Shown here one piece after another: positions 38,320 to 44,754 of a stretch of DNA of 44,754 nucleotides (within the stretch, counting starts at the first letter, position 1; each line of letters opens with the position of its first letter). The position numbers and the translations under genes are program-made. Source of the stretch: Candidatus Limnocylindria bacterium (lineage in GTDB: Bacteria > Chloroflexota > Limnocylindria > QHBO01); contig DASSIB010000030.1 in NCBI GenBank assembly GCA_035692365.1, forward strand, positions 1 through 44,754, written 5' to 3'. Below the pieces are notes generated by a model. It saw only the letters and a program-made list of their open reading frames with translations, had not been told where the DNA came from and searched no databases.

Positions 38320-38793
38320 CTACCACTTGAAGTGGCTGAAGGCCTTGTTGGCCTCCGCCATCCGGTGGGTGTCCTCGCGTCGCTTGACGGCGTTGCCGAT
38401 GCCGTTCGAGGCGTCCATGAACTCGGCAGCCAGCTTCTCGCCCATGCTGCGTCCATTGCGCTTCCGGGCGGAGTCGATCAGCCACCGCATGCCGAGGCTG
38501 ATGCGTCGATCGGCGCGCACCTCGACGGGGATCTGGTAGGTGGACCCACCGACGCGCTTCGGCTTGACTTCGATCAGCGGCATCGCGTTGCGGAGTGCCA
38601 GCTCCATCACCTCGACCCCGGACCGCCCCGCCTGCTTCTCGCAGCGTGACAGTGCGTCCTCGAGGATGCGCGCGGCCAGCTGACGCTTGCCGCCGTGCAT
38701 CAGCTTGTTGGTGAACTGGTCCAGGGTCAGCGCGGTGCCGACCAGGAGCTCCTGGTACTTGGTCTTGCGCGCGATGGTGGGACGGCGGGGCAC
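38320..38793 (-). CDS. rpsG: 30S ribosomal protein S7
   Basis: [10 protein letters not shown]..., ending in [12 protein letters not shown]. The start codon is GTG. Confidence 0.96.
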   Translation of the reverse strand: MPRRPTIARKTKYQELLVGTALTLDQFTNKLMHGGKRQLAARILEDALSRCEKQAGRSGVEVMELALRNAMPLIEVKPKRVGGSTYQIPVEVRADRRISLGMRWLIDSARKRNGRSMGEKLAAEFMDASNGIGNAVKRREDTHRMAEANKAFSHFKW

Positions 38794-38800
38794 GGTTGCG

Positions 38801-39220
38801 CTATCCCTTGCCCGGCGACTTGGCGCCGTACTTCGAGCGGCTCTGGCGGCGGTCTCGGACGCCGGCGGCGTCGAGCGTGCCGCGCACGATGTGGTACTTC
38901 ACGGCCGGGAGGTCCTTGACCCGCCCGCCGCGGACCAGCACCACGGAGTGCTCCTGGAGGTTGTGGCCGACCCCAGGGATGTAGGCGGTGACCTCCATCC
39001 CGTTGGTGAGGCGCACGCGCGCGACCTTGCGCAGCGCGGAGTTCGGCTTCTTCGGGGTGCGGGTCATGACCTGCAGACAGACGCCGCGGCGCTGTGGCGC
39101 CCCACGCCCTTCAGAAGCGGTCTGCTTGAGGGTGTTGAAGGTACGGCGCAGCGCCGGTGCCTTCACCTTCTGCCCGGCCGGCTTACGGCCCTTGCGGACC
39201 AGCTGGCTGATCGTCGGCAA
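38801..39220 (-). CDS. rpsL: 30S ribosomal protein S12 (long, Firmicute-type form)
   Basis: [13 protein letters not shown]... and [17 protein letters not shown] verified by hand that the start codon is TTG (39220-39218), preceded by GAGG with a 7-nt spacing. Confidence 0.96.
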   Translation of the reverse strand: MPTISQLVRKGRKPAGQKVKAPALRRTFNTLKQTASEGRGAPQRRGVCLQVMTRTPKKPNSALRKVARVRLTNGMEVTAYIPGVGHNLQEHSVVLVRGGRVKDLPAVKYHIVRGTLDAAGVRDRRQSRSKYGAKSPGKG

Positions 39221-39358
39221 GAGAGAACCTCACACTCCGTTGGCTGATCGTGCGTCGGCGTCGAGTGATGGCGGCGCGTACCGAGGCCGGCACTCAAGGG
39301 GCTGACGGCGCCCTCCCCGGAGGGCACACACGAAGGCGTCCCGCGAGCGGGACACCGA
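39221..39358 (-). promoter_or_regulatory. Predicted structured 5' leader of rpsL (about 138 nt if the promoter call is right)
   Basis: Two GC hairpins with 6-bp stems and 4-nt loops: GTCCCG-CGAG-CGGGAC (39338-39353) and GCCCTC-CCCG-GAGGGC (39310-39325). Confidence 0.4.
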
Positions 39359-39364
39359 AGCCGG

Positions 39365-39394
39365 AGTATACGGTTCGCGCCGCTCGAGTGTCAA
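39365..39394 (-). promoter_or_regulatory. Putative sigma-70-type promoter of the str/S10/spc cluster: -35 TTGACA, 18-nt spacer, -10 TATACT
   Basis: The minus strand reads TTGACA (39394-39389), CTCGAGCGGCGCGAACCG, TATACT (39370-39365). It sits in the 215-nt rpoC-rpsL spacer, immediately downstream of the rpoC hairpin. I verified the coordinates against a plus-strand ORF frame. Confidence 0.6.
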
Positions 39395-39402
39395 CCGAAG
39401 GA

Positions 39403-39428
39403 GGCGCCCGGCGAGCTCGCCGGGCGCC
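39403..39428 (-). terminator. Perfect 26-nt palindrome 7 nt downstream of the rpoC stop (possible intrinsic terminator or attenuator)
   Basis: GGCGCCCGGCGAG/CTCGCCGGGCGCC. On the minus strand it is followed by TCCTTCGGTT, which is only a weak U-tract. Confidence 0.5.
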
Positions 39429-39435
39429 CCTCGGA

Positions 39436-43776
<4,341 letters not shown>

Positions 43777-43898
43777 GGGTTGCTTACGGCTCCTGCGGCT
43801 GACGCCGCTTCTGGCGCGGTACGCCAGGGCTGACCAGGCCCCGGCTCGAAATGGACCGATGGATGGGGCGCGACGCCGTCACGACGCCGCCCCCGCGA

Positions 43899-44754
<856 letters not shown>

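Noticed and set aside
36237-38456. N-terminally extended minus-strand ORF calls in the track: fusA to 38456, glmM to 15755, rimI to 3619, tsaB to 3534, alr to 11156, acpS to 12526, rpsD to 21638, rpsE to 27162, rplW to 33863, rpsQ to 30403, rpsI to 18238 and rsmA to 1314
   Set aside because: The extensions are Arg/Pro-rich, overlap the upstream conserved gene, and precede the homology-defined N-termini. Internal starts that coincide with ATGA/TGATG junctions or Shine-Dalgarno motifs were preferred.
38801-39220. Apparent insertion of about 12 aa in S12 ([24 protein letters not shown])
   Set aside because: This matches the long form of S12 found in Bacillus and other Firmicutes ([23 protein letters not shown]), so it is a known variant and not a novelty.

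Overview
Very GC-rich bacterial chromosome segment with GC3-dominated codons. It is about 98 % coding, and every one of the 60 protein genes I can support lies on the minus strand. Reading the minus strand from 44754 down to 1, the order is as follows. (1) rpoB (3' part) and rpoC. (2) A hairpin and a near-consensus promoter. (3) The fused str-S10-spc-alpha ribosomal cluster: rpsL-rpsG-fusA-tuf-rpsJ-rplCDWB-rpsS-rplV-rpsC-rplP-rpmC-rpsQ-rplNXE-rpsZ-rpsH-rplFR-rpsE-rpmD-rplO-secY-adk-map-infA-rpmJ-rpsMKD-rpoA-rplQ, including rpmJ, which the ORF track misses. (4) truA-rplM-rpsI. (5) The c-di-AMP and amino-sugar module cdaA-cdaR-glmM-glmS. (6) acpS-nnrD-alr. (7) A seven-gene block of unknown function. 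(8) The t6A genes tsaE-tsaB-rimI-tsaD. (9) rsmA, then the 5' part of ispE (also absent from the track). Many genes are joined by ATGA/GTGA or TGATG start-stop overlaps. I found no rRNA, tRNA, CRISPR array or mobile element. The long plus-strand ORFs in the track are antisense shadows typical of high-GC DNA. The most interesting region is 3884..9850. It holds seven translationally coupled ORFs wedged between alr and tsaE: one small protein, four membrane proteins, a GlmL/MutL-like ASKHA ATPase, and a barrel-sandwich/KOW-like protein. I cannot assign them to any characterised system. Secondary points are listed below.
- A roughly 180-aa coiled-coil-like insertion in RpoC.
- Low-complexity extensions on L15, L5, S3, S5 and CdaA.
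- A TTGACA-N18-TATACT promoter with a structured leader upstream of rpsL.
- Two unusually long internal spacers (map-infA and rpsZ-rpsH), each carrying a short ORF and a hairpin.
The feature mix suggests a deep-branching high-GC Terrabacteria lineage, but that is inference only. The mix is the Firmicute-type cdaA-cdaR-glmM-glmS order and long-form S12, Thermus-type Cys-rich L24 and S4, and actinobacterial-type rplM-rpsI-glmM, alr-tsaE and rsmA-ispE synteny.
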